A stretch of 64,000 bases of DNA from positions 160,001 to 224,000 of the forward strand of contig CAWCTR010000007.1 of the NCBI GenBank assembly GCA_963798485.1. The letters are read 5' to 3'. Positions 9,659 through 18,858 of this stretch are shown here, piece after piece. Each line of letters begins with the position of its first letter. Positions within the stretch are counted from its first letter, which is position 1. The notes below the pieces were generated by a model that saw only the letters and a program-made list of their open reading frames with translations, was not told the DNA's origin and searched no databases. This DNA comes from an uncultured delta proteobacterium. GTDB taxonomy: Bacteria; Desulfobacterota; Desulfomonilia; UBA1062. Both the position numbers and the translations under genes were made by a program.

Positions 9659-10455
9659 ACCGGATACCGCTTGGCAGAAAAATCCCTCAGCCCAAGGGTC
9701 ATGACCCTAAAGTGCTTTATCCCATACCAAGAAAGCCCTGCGAAATAAGGCTCTACGGGTATGACCTCTGGCGGTCTTACGAACTATCCTGGCTTAACAG
9801 CAAAGGCAAACCCCGGATAGGCATCCTCGAGATCGTCTATCCCACCCAAAGCAAGTGTATTGTGGAGTCGAAATCCCTCAAGCTCTACTTAGGCGGACTC
9901 TCATACGAGAATTTCGATTCGGCCAAAGGGATTGAAGAAATCATCCGGCATGACCTCGATCATATCCTGCTGCCCGAATGGATCTCGGTGCGCATCATTG
10001 AACAGGCCGGTTTTCCGCAGATGACATGTCAGCCTCATCCGGATGGCACCTGCCTGGACAACCAGGACGTTCAGATTCCTGGCTTCCAAAGGGACCCTGC
10101 CCTGCTCTCATGCGCACAAGGCTTATCTGAAGAGACACTCTACTCGGATTTGCTGAAGACCAACTGCCCTATCACAGGCCAGCCGGACTGGGGGAGTGTG
10201 GCCATATGCTACCAGGGAAGGACTATCGACCATGAAGCGCTGCTGAAATATATCTATTCCTATCGTGATCACGAAGGATTTGCAGAAGATGTTTGTGAAC
10301 AGATATTTTTAGATATTATGGAGAGATGCAAGCCGGACACGTTAACCGTCAGGTGTTCTTATACGAGGCGAGGCGGAATCGATATAAACCCCTTCAGGAG
10401 CTCTCACCCAATCGACCCGGATAATATCGACAAGGCAAGGCTCATCCGCCAGTAA
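9655..10455 (+). CDS. queF: NADPH-dependent preQ0 reductase (bimodular)
   Basis: VESKSLKLYL, NCPITGQPDWG, YTRRGGIDINP. Confidence 0.92.
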   Translation: MNRIPLGRKIPQPKGHDPKVLYPIPRKPCEIRLYGYDLWRSYELSWLNSKGKPRIGILEIVYPTQSKCIVESKSLKLYLGGLSYENFDSAKGIEEIIRHDLDHILLPEWISVRIIEQAGFPQMTCQPHPDGTCLDNQDVQIPGFQRDPALLSCAQGLSEETLYSDLLKTNCPITGQPDWGSVAICYQGRTIDHEALLKYIYSYRDHEGFAEDVCEQIFLDIMERCKPDTLTVRCSYTRRGGIDINPFRSSHPIDPDNIDKARLIRQ

Positions 10456-10533
10456 TACCCCCCCTCTCAAAAGATTATCTTAAGTGGGATGACAAGGGAA
10501 AGATGGTTAGGTAAAAGAGTAACATCATGCGCT

Positions 10534-11028
10534 TCAATGCGGCGTGATTGATATCGTCCCTTTGATATCCGCCTTAAATCCCAACATCGCGAAATCGCCC
10601 AAGCTCGGTCCCGTCGTATCGTTCCCAACGCGAATGGCGCCGATGGTGAATTTGTTGATATTGATGGTCATATCGATCTGCTGTGTGCCGAGACCAAAAG
10701 ACCCGAGACCCATCAATCCGAGACCCATCATCCCGAAACCAGGAACAGCGGCATTGGCCATTTGATTGGCCAGGTTTGTATTCGGGGGAGTGGAATTTCT
10801 TGAGGTCACGGAGCCTTGGATTGTTACATCGCTGAAATTAAAAAACCCATCCCCCATGTTGGGAATATACGAGTTGAACGTAGCGGTTGTATCCTCGGCA
10901 AACCCCGCCTGACCGATGACTTCGCTCAAATCGGCATCGGACAAAGCCACCATCTTGGCTAATCCTGCCTGCGGGAGCATGAGCATTGCGATTATACAGA
11001 GAGCAGCAAGTAGGGTTGTTCTGTTCAT
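10534..11028 (-). CDS. Secreted DUF6160/FilA-like protein
   Basis: Signal peptide followed by MVALSDADLSEVIGQAG, typical of the DUF6160/FilA N-terminus; AAAGGAG RBS before ATG 11028. Confidence 0.7.
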   Translation of the reverse strand: MNRTTLLAALCIIAMLMLPQAGLAKMVALSDADLSEVIGQAGFAEDTTATFNSYIPNMGDGFFNFSDVTIQGSVTSRNSTPPNTNLANQMANAAVPGFGMMGLGLMGLGSFGLGTQQIDMTININKFTIGAIRVGNDTTGPSLGDFAMLGFKADIKGTISITPH

Positions 11029-11049
11029 TGGAACTCCTTTCTGATGAGG

Positions 11050-11135
11050 TTCTCCAGGCGACCCGGCTGTCCACACTCCCTGTGGACCCGTGGCTTTCCG
11101 GCCCATGGTTACCCATGGTGTGGCTAGAGTGAGAA
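11050..11135 (-). ncRNA. c-di-GMP-I (GEMM-I) riboswitch, gene-proximal copy
   Basis: Minus strand AGCCACACCAUGG-GUAA-CCAUGGGCCGGAAAGCCACGGGUCC..GGACAGCCGGGUCGCC; UUCUC/GAGAA P1. Confidence 0.85.
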
Positions 11136-11146
11136 GTGCTGGTGAA

Positions 11147-11233
11147 TCCTTTTCAGGCGACCCGGCTGTCCGAGCACTATTTCGGACCCGTGGTTTTCCG
11201 GCCCATGGTTACCCATGGTGTGGCTCTGAAGGA
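11147..11233 (-). ncRNA. c-di-GMP-I (GEMM-I) riboswitch, middle copy
   Basis: Same P2 with GUAA loop, GGAAAACCACGGGUCC..GGACAGCCGGGUCGCC, different P3 tip. Confidence 0.85.
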
Positions 11234-11316
11234 GGCGACCCGGCTGTCCACCCTCCGTTAGGCATGGACCCGTGGTTTTCCGTCCCACAGTTACCTGTGG
11301 TTTGGCTTGTGAAGGA
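11234..11316 (-). ncRNA. c-di-GMP-I (GEMM-I) riboswitch, promoter-proximal copy
   Basis: AGCCAAACCACAG-GUAA-CUGUGGGACGGAAAACCACGGGUCC..GGACAGCCGGGUCGCC; compensatory P2 changes relative to the other copies. Confidence 0.88.
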
Positions 11317-11459
11317 GTGCGCGAGAGATCTCTCAAGGAGATCCCGGCGCGAGTTTTCCCTCGTTGTTTCTATTAAAAAGGTACGAGCGCTGCTTTAAGT
11401 TACTCTTTTACCCATGTGTGGCCTCTGGAGCCAAAGAGCACACATGGCTCTTTCATAAA

Positions 11460-11472
11460 TTGTCAAAGAACA
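11460..11472 (-). promoter_or_regulatory. boxA-like Nus-factor antitermination site
   Basis: Minus strand TGTTCTTTGACAA versus boxA TGCTCTTTAACA, at the 5' end of the long leader. Confidence 0.5.
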
Positions 11473-11503
11473 CTTCAGGCATTAAGCCCTGCTATAATTT
11501 AAC

Positions 11504-11530
11504 CTATCGAGCACAATGGCAAAAACATTA
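11504..11530 (-). promoter_or_regulatory. Possible sigma28 (FliA) promoter
   Basis: TAAT-N15-CTCGATAG versus consensus TAAA-N15-GCCGATAA. Confidence 0.35.
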
Positions 11531-11670
11531 GCCCTGTTGTCTTAATAAACGCAGGGTTTCAGGTTCACCGGGAAAGTAAGCTGGGAAGAGCGTGTAAGGC
11601 CGCTGGATATAAGTGTGAAGAGTAGCATGGATTACAAAAAGGGAATTCCATTTGATAGGCTATCATACTT

Positions 11671-14600
11671 TCAGGCATGTTCCTTATGTTTAAGCTCTTT
11701 TGCCATTCGTTTTTCCTGTAGCGGATTACCCATCTCTTTCCAGAGCTCGAGTGATTTACCAAAGCACCGTTGCGCCTTTGATGACTTGCCGGCCGCCTTG
11801 AGGAGATTCCCCCATGAGGCAATGAGCCAGGCCTGATGGGGTTTCATCATGGATGAGCAAGCAAGGGCATATGCCCGTGATAGTGTTTTATGGGCAGTAT
11901 CATATTGACCTTGGGAGGTGCATATCTCGGCAAATACCCTTAAGGCCCAGATGAGCTGGTCGACATTCCCCTTTTGCTCATTCCAGGTTATACTTTCCTG
12001 GGCAGCACTCAGTGCAGTGCTATAATCACCCAGGAGGCGGCATGCCTCAGCCAGTGCGTTCAGGGCATAGGGCACCCGGTTGGCAACACCATCCCTTAGG
12101 CCAGGAAGTGCATTATTGATGAGCTCCTTTGCCTCTTCAGGATTACCTTTTTCCAATGCAATCCATGCACGGTACAGGTCCTTTATCGAACCTGCACAGT
12201 GGATTTCTCCCCCCAGGGCATTGAATGCATCCAGATCGGCAGTGGCACCCTGTATGTTTCCGAAATACCGAGCGCGGAAATAGATGGAACCCTGAATCCT
12301 CAAATAGGAAAGCCCGCCTGCAATCATCCCTAGCTTCATCTCCCTCGAAGATACATCCTCAAAAACCCTACGGGCCTCTTCAAATCTTCCTTCAAGACAA
12401 CATATATGGGCAAGCCATATGTCCGCCATGAGATCAATGTCCATATATGCACTGCTGAATCTCTTTGTTTCTCCATACCAAGATCGTGAACCCTCCAGAT
12501 CACCCTTCCATACGCTTGCAGCCAACGTAGTCAGGACATTGACGGTATAAAGAAACCGGTCCGATGCGTCGAGGGTAGGTCTGGCATTATCAAGCAGGCG
12601 CAAGGCATCAAGGGGCTTGCCGAGAAAGGTGTAGGTATAGGCAAAGGCGGTATGTGCTGCGGCAATCAACACCGGATTATCACAGATGAGGTTTAAGGCA
12701 AAGTCATAGCACTCTTTTGCCTTATTAAAGAGACCCTTCTGGGAATAGAGGTTAATGAGCCGGATGGAGCAAAAGGCCTCTTCCTCATTAAGGCCCTTAT
12801 TGCGGTAAATGCCCGCAAGACGCTCCAGGGCGATAATGGCCCGGCCCGGACTGAATATACGATAGCATCTCCAGATCCCTTCTTGTATAGCCACAAGCAG
12901 CTCTTCTGCGTCAGGCAACGTTTTGCCGGCCTTAAGATGTTGTTCTGCTGATAAAAAATGCGCCCCGGCCTCAACCCATGCCCCTGTTGCCTGGCAGTGT
13001 TTGCCGGCTTCCATATGGTAATACACCGCCTTCGAATGTTCCTGTGCCTTTCCGAAATGATGGGCAAGCTCTCCGGCATGATCCTTTAAACATAATCCGC
13101 AACTGTCTTCAATGGCCAGTGCGATCTTCTTGTGCAGCCTGATCCGCTCTTTCTTCAAGAGGGTCCTGCTTGCAACATCGCGGATAATCTCATGCTTGAA
13201 GATGTATTCGCCCTTACCGAGGGATTGGATGAAGCCATGTTTGACTGATTCACTTAAGCCCTCTTTCAAGACATCCTTCTCTGAGCACACCAAAACCAAT
13301 AAGGCTTCAGTAAATATCCTTCCAATAAAGGCCGACTCCTGGAGTATCCTCTTGGAAGCGGCCCCCATATGATCAAGCCGCGAAGAGATGAGCCCGTACA
13401 GTGTCGTGGGCAGATCATCCAAAAGGACTATTTGGCCTTGATTGGTTAGATCCACCCCTTTTTCCAGGAGGTAGTTGGTCACCTCTTCAACAAAGAATGG
13501 GTTGCCTCCTGTTGCTTCAGCCAGAGAACTCACCGTCATATCAGGGACTAGGACAGCATTAAGCATATTTTTAAGCATCTCACCCACTTCAGCTTCACCG
13601 AGCTCCTGCAGGATCAGGCGGGCACCGGGAAAGGCGCTCGCCACTCCATGACGGTGCGTAAGGAGCAGCAGACAGGGACAGGACTTATCCCACCTATGGA
13701 TAAGATATGTCAGAAGATCAAGCGTACTCTGGTCCGCCCAATGGATATCCTCAATGCAGAAGATTGTAGGCAGATTCAAGGCCGCAGAGCTGAGCAGCCA
13801 CAACATGGCATCACTGCCTTTCACCTTGAGGATATCCGGAGATTCACCACCTTTGGTGGCAGCGCTATCCATGAAGAAGGCAAGGTGAGCAGCATACTCC
13901 CCGGACAGTCCATGCCGGGTTAAGGCCCGGGCAATATCATGGGTGTCGCTATGCATACTATCGAGCCCCAATAATGCCTGTACGAGTCTCGAAAAGGGAA
14001 AGTACGGCTTAGAGCTTGTATGATCGAAACAGGTTGCTGTTATGAATAGTACACCCTTATCAAGGGTTATCTTAAATTCTTCAATGAGCCTGCTCTTGCC
14101 GACACCTGCATCGCCGATGATGCAGGTTACGCAGCCTTTGCCTGATTGAAGATCCCTCGCCTTTGATAAAAGTATAGACAGCTCATGCTCGCGGCCCACC
14201 AGCGGCGAGGTGACCCCACCCACCCTGTGTAGTGCAAGGGGGATTTTTCTCTCCTGGATAACCTTGTATACGTGGATGGGCTTTCTGAATCCCTTGAGCA
14301 ACTTTTTGCCCATCCATTCGAGATGAAAATACCGCATCGCATCGGATACAAGCGCCTCTCCGATGAGTATCTCTCCATCTGACGCCATGTCACACAGCCT
14401 GGAAGCTATGTTGATGGGCTTACCCAGCGTGCCGTGCGATGAGTGGCATGGATTGCCGGAATCAACAAGCACCTCGCCCGTGTTTATGCCCGTATGCATG
14501 TTCAAACGGATGTTACAGGTATTAAGCAGGGGCATATTCAACCCTCCCACGGTCTTGTGGATTTCCAGGGCGGCAAGGATGCCTCTTACAGGATCATCCT

Positions 14601-14898
14601 CCCGGGCCTTAGCATTGCCGAATATGGCAAGCACTGCATCACCGATATACTTTTCCACTATGCCGCCATAGCCCCTGATAACCCCGGTGATTTCGCTCAG
14701 GACTTTGCCCATGAACGCACTGAGGTCCTCATGGTCGAGCCTTTCGGACAGCAGGCTGTATCCGCTTAAATCCGTACAGACAATGGTAACAAAGCGATAT
14801 TCAGGGACAGGTTCACCCTGAGAAAGGCAAGAGCCGCACCGGGAGCAGTACCGGTCGGATGAATCAACACTCGCGCCGCATACCGTACAATCTTTCAT
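11671..14898 (-). CDS. Zinc ribbon-class III nucleotide cyclase-STAND AAA ATPase-TPR protein
   Basis: CTVC..CSRC; TDLSGYS, EKYIGDA, INIASRL; Walker A GDAGVGKS; IEDIHWAD; GGNPFF; helical C-terminus. Confidence 0.9.
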   Translation of the reverse strand: MKDCTVCGASVDSSDRYCSRCGSCLSQGEPVPEYRFVTIVCTDLSGYSLLSERLDHEDLSAFMGKVLSEITGVIRGYGGIVEKYIGDAVLAIFGNAKAREDDPVRGILAALEIHKTVGGLNMPLLNTCNIRLNMHTGINTGEVLVDSGNPCHSSHGTLGKPINIASRLCDMASDGEILIGEALVSDAMRYFHLEWMGKKLLKGFRKPIHVYKVIQERKIPLALHRVGGVTSPLVGREHELSILLSKARDLQSGKGCVTCIIGDAGVGKSRLIEEFKITLDKGVLFITATCFDHTSSKPYFPFSRLVQALLGLDSMHSDTHDIARALTRHGLSGEYAAHLAFFMDSAATKGGESPDILKVKGSDAMLWLLSSAALNLPTIFCIEDIHWADQSTLDLLTYLIHRWDKSCPCLLLLTHRHGVASAFPGARLILQELGEAEVGEMLKNMLNAVLVPDMTVSSLAEATGGNPFFVEEVTNYLLEKGVDLTNQGQIVLLDDLPTTLYGLISSRLDHMGAASKRILQESAFIGRIFTEALLVLVCSEKDVLKEGLSESVKHGFIQSLGKGEYIFKHEIIRDVASRTLLKKERIRLHKKIALAIEDSCGLCLKDHAGELAHHFGKAQEHSKAVYYHMEAGKHCQATGAWVEAGAHFLSAEQHLKAGKTLPDAEELLVAIQEGIWRCYRIFSPGRAIIALERLAGIYRNKGLNEEEAFCSIRLINLYSQKGLFNKAKECYDFALNLICDNPVLIAAAHTAFAYTYTFLGKPLDALRLLDNARPTLDASDRFLYTVNVLTTLAASVWKGDLEGSRSWYGETKRFSSAYMDIDLMADIWLAHICCLEGRFEEARRVFEDVSSREMKLGMIAGGLSYLRIQGSIYFRARYFGNIQGATADLDAFNALGGEIHCAGSIKDLYRAWIALEKGNPEEAKELINNALPGLRDGVANRVPYALNALAEACRLLGDYSTALSAAQESITWNEQKGNVDQLIWALRVFAEICTSQGQYDTAHKTLSRAYALACSSMMKPHQAWLIASWGNLLKAAGKSSKAQRCFGKSLELWKEMGNPLQEKRMAKELKHKEHA

Positions 14899-15124
14899 AG
14901 GTTCCCTCCTTCTCACGCAGGTTAAACATGCACAACGATGAAGGTTTCTGTTCAGGAGGGGTGGTATTTGAATTCAAATTGACCATCAGGTCAAAATCAC
15001 ACATAATAACTCAAATATACCTAATACTCCTCGCCGAGGCCATTCAATAGAGAAATCTTGATCGGAAGAGCATATAGTGATACGAAAGTGAGGAAAGGCT
15101 TATAAATTATAGGGGAAGATCTTT

Positions 15125-16201
15125 ATGGACATCAAAATCACAAAATGTTCACCGGACAAGCTGAAGGCAAAACCGGCAGATGAATCCAAACTGGGCTTCG
15201 GCCAGATCTTCACGGATCATATGTTTACGGTAAAATATAAGGACGGCAAGGGTTGGCATGAACCCGTCATCGGCCCTTACGGTCCGATCATCCTTGACCC
15301 CACGGCCATGAGTCTCCACTATGGCCAAGAAATCTTTGAAGGGCTGAAGGCCTATCATGGAAAGGACGGGAGTATCTACCTGTTCCGGCCAATGGAAAAC
15401 ATCAAACGGATGAATGCCTCGGCAGAGCGCCTGTGCATGGCCACAATCGATCCGGAGCTGTTTATGGAGGCCATGAAAAAACTTGTCCTTCTGGAACAGG
15501 ACTGGATCCCTCGCGGCGCCGGAACATCCCTGTATATCCGCCCGACCATGATCGCCACGGAGCCGGCCCTGGGTGTCCACCCGGCAAATCAGTATCTTTT
15601 CTTCATCATTGTCGGTCCTGTCGGGGCTTACTATCCTGAAGGGTTTTCTCCGACGAAGATCTACGTCAGCGAGGATTATGTCAGGGCAGTTCGCGGCGGT
15701 GTCGGAAACTGCAAAAATGCGGGGAATTATGCGGCCAGCCTCTACGCCAGCCAGAAGGCCAAGGAAATGGGGTATACGCAGGTCCTTTGGCTGGATGCCA
15801 TTGAGCGGAAATATGTAGAAGAGGTGGGGACGAGCAATGCCTTCTTCGTGATCGGCGATGAACTTGTTACACCTCCGCTCTCAGGTTCGATTCTCCCCGG
15901 TGTCACACGGGATTCCGTCATCCAGTTGGCGCGGAGCTGGGGCGTGAAGGTGACGGAACGGGCACCGTCCATGAGTGAGATTGTTTCCGGGATTGCTGAT
16001 AAGTCAGTGAAAGAGGCGTTTGCCTCAGGTACGGCGGCCATTGTCTCTCCTATCGGCCAGATCTTTTATCAGGGGAAAGAGCACGTCATCAACGGCGGCA
16101 AGACAGGGGCCCTGACGGAACGCTTGTATAACGAGATCTTACAGATCCAGTATGGAGAAAGGTCAGATCCCTTCGGCTGGCGCGTGAAGATATCGGACTG
16201 A
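15125..16201 (+). CDS. ilvE: Branched-chain amino acid aminotransferase
   Basis: LHYGQEIFEGLKAY, LYIRP, KNAGNYAAS, ILPGVTR. Confidence 0.95.
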   Translation: MDIKITKCSPDKLKAKPADESKLGFGQIFTDHMFTVKYKDGKGWHEPVIGPYGPIILDPTAMSLHYGQEIFEGLKAYHGKDGSIYLFRPMENIKRMNASAERLCMATIDPELFMEAMKKLVLLEQDWIPRGAGTSLYIRPTMIATEPALGVHPANQYLFFIIVGPVGAYYPEGFSPTKIYVSEDYVRAVRGGVGNCKNAGNYAASLYASQKAKEMGYTQVLWLDAIERKYVEEVGTSNAFFVIGDELVTPPLSGSILPGVTRDSVIQLARSWGVKVTERAPSMSEIVSGIADKSVKEAFASGTAAIVSPIGQIFYQGKEHVINGGKTGALTERLYNEILQIQYGERSDPFGWRVKISD

Positions 16202-16275
16202 ACCCTTGAGGGTTATAAATTCCATTGATGGGGAATAATCCGAAGCACCTGGACTGGCTGGACTATCTATAAAAT

Positions 16276-16307
16276 AAGAGGCCGGGGGAATAACCCCGGC
16301 CTCTTTC
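16276..16307. terminator. Hairpin terminator between convergent genes
   Basis: AAGAGGCCGGGG..CCCCGGCCTCTT inverted repeat followed by T residues. Confidence 0.75.
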
Positions 16308-16357
16308 ATTTGGGTTACAAGTTTCCTTGCCTGAATAAACCGCTTTGTATTGCTGCT

Positions 16358-16903
16358 TTAAAAAACCCTGATCATGATGAGAAAGGTAACAAGCAGAACA
16401 GCCAATGCGGTCTGGTGCTCGGTGTTTTCGATAGTCTGGGCAAATGACCACAAATGCTTGCTCCCATCGGGGTAGGGATCCAGCCGGGGCATGAAATAAT
16501 CCACTGAACGTTTGTACTTGAAAAATTCTTCTCCGAACCTCTGTTCCAGCCTTCCCCACTCGATCTTCTGCTTCCTCGGCACATAGGAGATGAAGAATAT
16601 GAGGCTGGCCAGGATCCATATGACCGCGTTCATGGCCATAATACACATCCCTGTGCCGATAATATAGCTACCGAGATACAGCGGGGACTGGAGGTACGCA
16701 TAGGGCCCGGATGTGGTAAGCTCTTCATTCTTTCGAAGGTGGCCCGTGGCCCAGAACCTGAGTGCCTCACCGGCCAGGACAAGGATAAAACCCAAGAAAC
16801 ACGAGGCCCAAGAAGGGTCGGCAAATATCACAAGCAGGGCTATGGTCCCATAGAGAACCGCAGTTTTGCTTGTTACCTTCCTCAGTTTATGCTCCAAGTC
16901 CAT
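16358..16903 (-). CDS. Isoprenylcysteine carboxylmethyltransferase/PEMT-family membrane protein
   Basis: LRFWATGHL..ELTTSGPYAY..PLYLGS; RFGEEF..Y. Confidence 0.8.
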   Translation of the reverse strand: MDLEHKLRKVTSKTAVLYGTIALLVIFADPSWASCFLGFILVLAGEALRFWATGHLRKNEELTTSGPYAYLQSPLYLGSYIIGTGMCIMAMNAVIWILASLIFFISYVPRKQKIEWGRLEQRFGEEFFKYKRSVDYFMPRLDPYPDGSKHLWSFAQTIENTEHQTALAVLLVTFLIMIRVF

Positions 16904-16996
16904 GCTTCATACCTCCCCCTAATGCTAGACAACGCTATGTATCCGTTTCTTCCCCACCCCGTCAAGCCAAACCTGGATTATCCAATTTTTGGGAAT

Positions 16997-17593
16997 TCAC
17001 CCGCCCAAGAGAGGCTTTTTCGCCTGCTTCCTGATCTCTTTCTCATCGGCCCATTCGATAAGGCCTGACTGGATGTTCACAAGATTCAGCGTAAATTTAT
17101 AATAGACATCCTTGACACGGCCGGCTGATTTTCTTATGGAGGCAAGCTCGCCGTAAAGGAAATAATCAGCACCCACCAGTTTGCCTATAGACTTGGCCGT
17201 CTTGGGGGCCACCATGCCGGAGCTCGCCTGGAATTCAAGCTGGTTAACCAGCTCGTCCTTCACCTCTGTGATGGCAGAGAACCTGACCTTGCCGGATTTG
17301 AGCAGCGTTACCTTTATCTTGTCGGTCACCGACTTGGTGTCAATGTGCTCATCCGTCTTGTTTCTCACGTTCTGGACATAGAAAACCGGCCTATTGCCGG
17401 AAGAGAGCACCGGGGTAGCCAGCAGCGAGTTCACCATCTTCTCGGCGATCATCTGCAGGTCCGTTGAGCCGAAATCCGCTGTGACCGTCTCCACTTGATC
17501 AGGGTTGCCGTACGTCACCTCCGGCGTGCTGGCGCAGCCCGTCAAGAGCATCACCAGAGCTGCAAGGCTGACGAAATACACTATTCTTTTCAT
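16997..17593 (-). CDS. lpoB: Penicillin-binding protein activator LpoB lipoprotein
   Basis: Lipobox LTGC; FGSTDLQ, VRNKTDEHID, GLIEWADEKEIRK. Confidence 0.85.
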   Translation of the reverse strand: MKRIVYFVSLAALVMLLTGCASTPEVTYGNPDQVETVTADFGSTDLQMIAEKMVNSLLATPVLSSGNRPVFYVQNVRNKTDEHIDTKSVTDKIKVTLLKSGKVRFSAITEVKDELVNQLEFQASSGMVAPKTAKSIGKLVGADYFLYGELASIRKSAGRVKDVYYKFTLNLVNIQSGLIEWADEKEIRKQAKKPLLGG

Positions 17594-17619
17594 ATCTCTT
17601 TTCTCCTCCTGTTCGTCTC

Positions 17620-18051
17620 TCACGACCCCGTATCCGTTACAGGATGGGGGTTACGTACCATAAGTTTAAATCCTGCCGCATTTGCTCCGGGTGCCGCCGA
17701 ACGAAATCCCTTTGACTCTTTACCGCCAAGCACTGCCGGCAGCCATGAAGTCATGTTCGAAAGCTCGTAACCGTGTGCATCATACCAGATAAAGCGGTAC
17801 TCGAAGGACAAGTCCCTGTCGCTCTCATTTTTCAGAATAACCTGGGCTTCAAATGAGTTTGCTCCATCAAACGGCTTGATGCTCACATCACCATAGCTCA
17901 GGTTCCGTTCGAGGTATTTGTCGTTGATCTCGATCTGCCTCGCGCTTACCCCCATGGGGCCGGCCTGAACATTGAGGATATTGGGGGCTGTCCCTGCACA
18001 GGCAACCGCAAATAAGGTCAAAATAAAAAAGGATCTGTTGATTTTTCTCAT
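17620..18051 (-). CDS. YcfL/DUF1425 lipoprotein
   Basis: Lipobox AVAC; FEYRFIWYDAHG; adjacent to lpoB. Confidence 0.8.
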   Translation of the reverse strand: MRKINRSFFILTLFAVACAGTAPNILNVQAGPMGVSARQIEINDKYLERNLSYGDVSIKPFDGANSFEAQVILKNESDRDLSFEYRFIWYDAHGYELSNMTSWLPAVLGGKESKGFRSAAPGANAAGFKLMVRNPHPVTDTGS

Positions 18052-18066
18052 AGAGTACCTCCTTAT

Positions 18067-18231
18067 TTAGAATGATTTCGTATAGATGGCCAGCCGGATG
18101 GTCATCCTGGCCTTGAGATATGACCGCACTATCTGCTTGGTAAAGATAATGGGGAAGTCATCCAGCAGGTTCCTTGCCGCAACGGCATCAACATCAAAAA
18201 CCGTGGATGTCTCCTCGCTCATCCTGGCCAT
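18067..18231 (-). pseudogene. Remnant of COG3014-type lipoprotein gene
   Basis: 54-aa frame ..TVFDVDAVAARNLLDDFPIIFTKQIVRSYLKA.. in the usual position upstream of ycfL-lpoB. Confidence 0.6.
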
Positions 18232-18265
18232 TGTCTACATGGGGATAAATAATGATGGCCTTTTT

Positions 18266-18751
18266 TCAGAAAGCCACCCCAAGGCTTGCCGTGACCCCGC
18301 GTCGATAATCATAACCTAAACCAATATCGAAGGACTTTACCACATAACGCATACCGAGCATCCAGGTGCCGAAGTTATCAGTGCCTGAGCCGGTCCCGTC
18401 AGTGTTCTTTGTATCCTGGCTTGCATACCCGACGCCAATAACACCAAAGAACGCAGGCACGATCTCGGCGCCAAAGGAGGCATAGATCTCCTGCTCGGTT
18501 CCATCTTTGTATTTTCCCGTAAAGTTTGGTGATGGATGTTCGCCGGTCTGGGCTATGCTCGCTCCGATCCCGAGGCTGAAAGCCCCGCCATTGGGATGGT
18601 AAGGTGAAAGGAATATCCCGCCCAGCTCGAGCCCATAGCTTGAGGCATCAACCTTGCCTCCATCGCCATAATTTGCAAGGACATACCCCGCCCCATGTGA
18701 AATTACAGGAAGGACGGTAATTACAAGTGTTATGAGAATAATCTTCTTCAT
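18266..18751 (-). CDS. Small outer-membrane beta-barrel-like protein
   Basis: Signal peptide, Gly/aromatic alternating strands, C-terminal SLGVAF. Confidence 0.6.
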   Translation of the reverse strand: MKKIILITLVITVLPVISHGAGYVLANYGDGGKVDASSYGLELGGIFLSPYHPNGGAFSLGIGASIAQTGEHPSPNFTGKYKDGTEQEIYASFGAEIVPAFFGVIGVGYASQDTKNTDGTGSGTDNFGTWMLGMRYVVKSFDIGLGYDYRRGVTASLGVAF

Positions 18752-18858
18752 ATCTTGACCTCCCGTGAAATCGTTTCTATTGTAAATATACATTAGTCAC
18801 TGGGATTGGTTAAAATCAAGTTACTTTATGTTAATCCCGCATGGAAGGTTTTCAACTT

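Noticed and set aside
8364-10455. Deazaguanine DNA-modification (dpd) island or preQ1 riboswitch
   Set aside because: queF points to tRNA queuosine synthesis; no dpdA/tgt paralogue nearby and no preQ1 aptamer recognisable upstream
11050-11316. CRISPR array, or the short ORFs overlapping the three repeats
   Set aside because: Repeat units are long with internal covariation matching the GEMM fold; there are no cas genes; the ORFs are translations of the RNA motif
11050-11316. cGAMP-selective (GEMM-Ib) assignment
   Set aside because: The specificity position reads G, not A, in all three copies by my manual alignment
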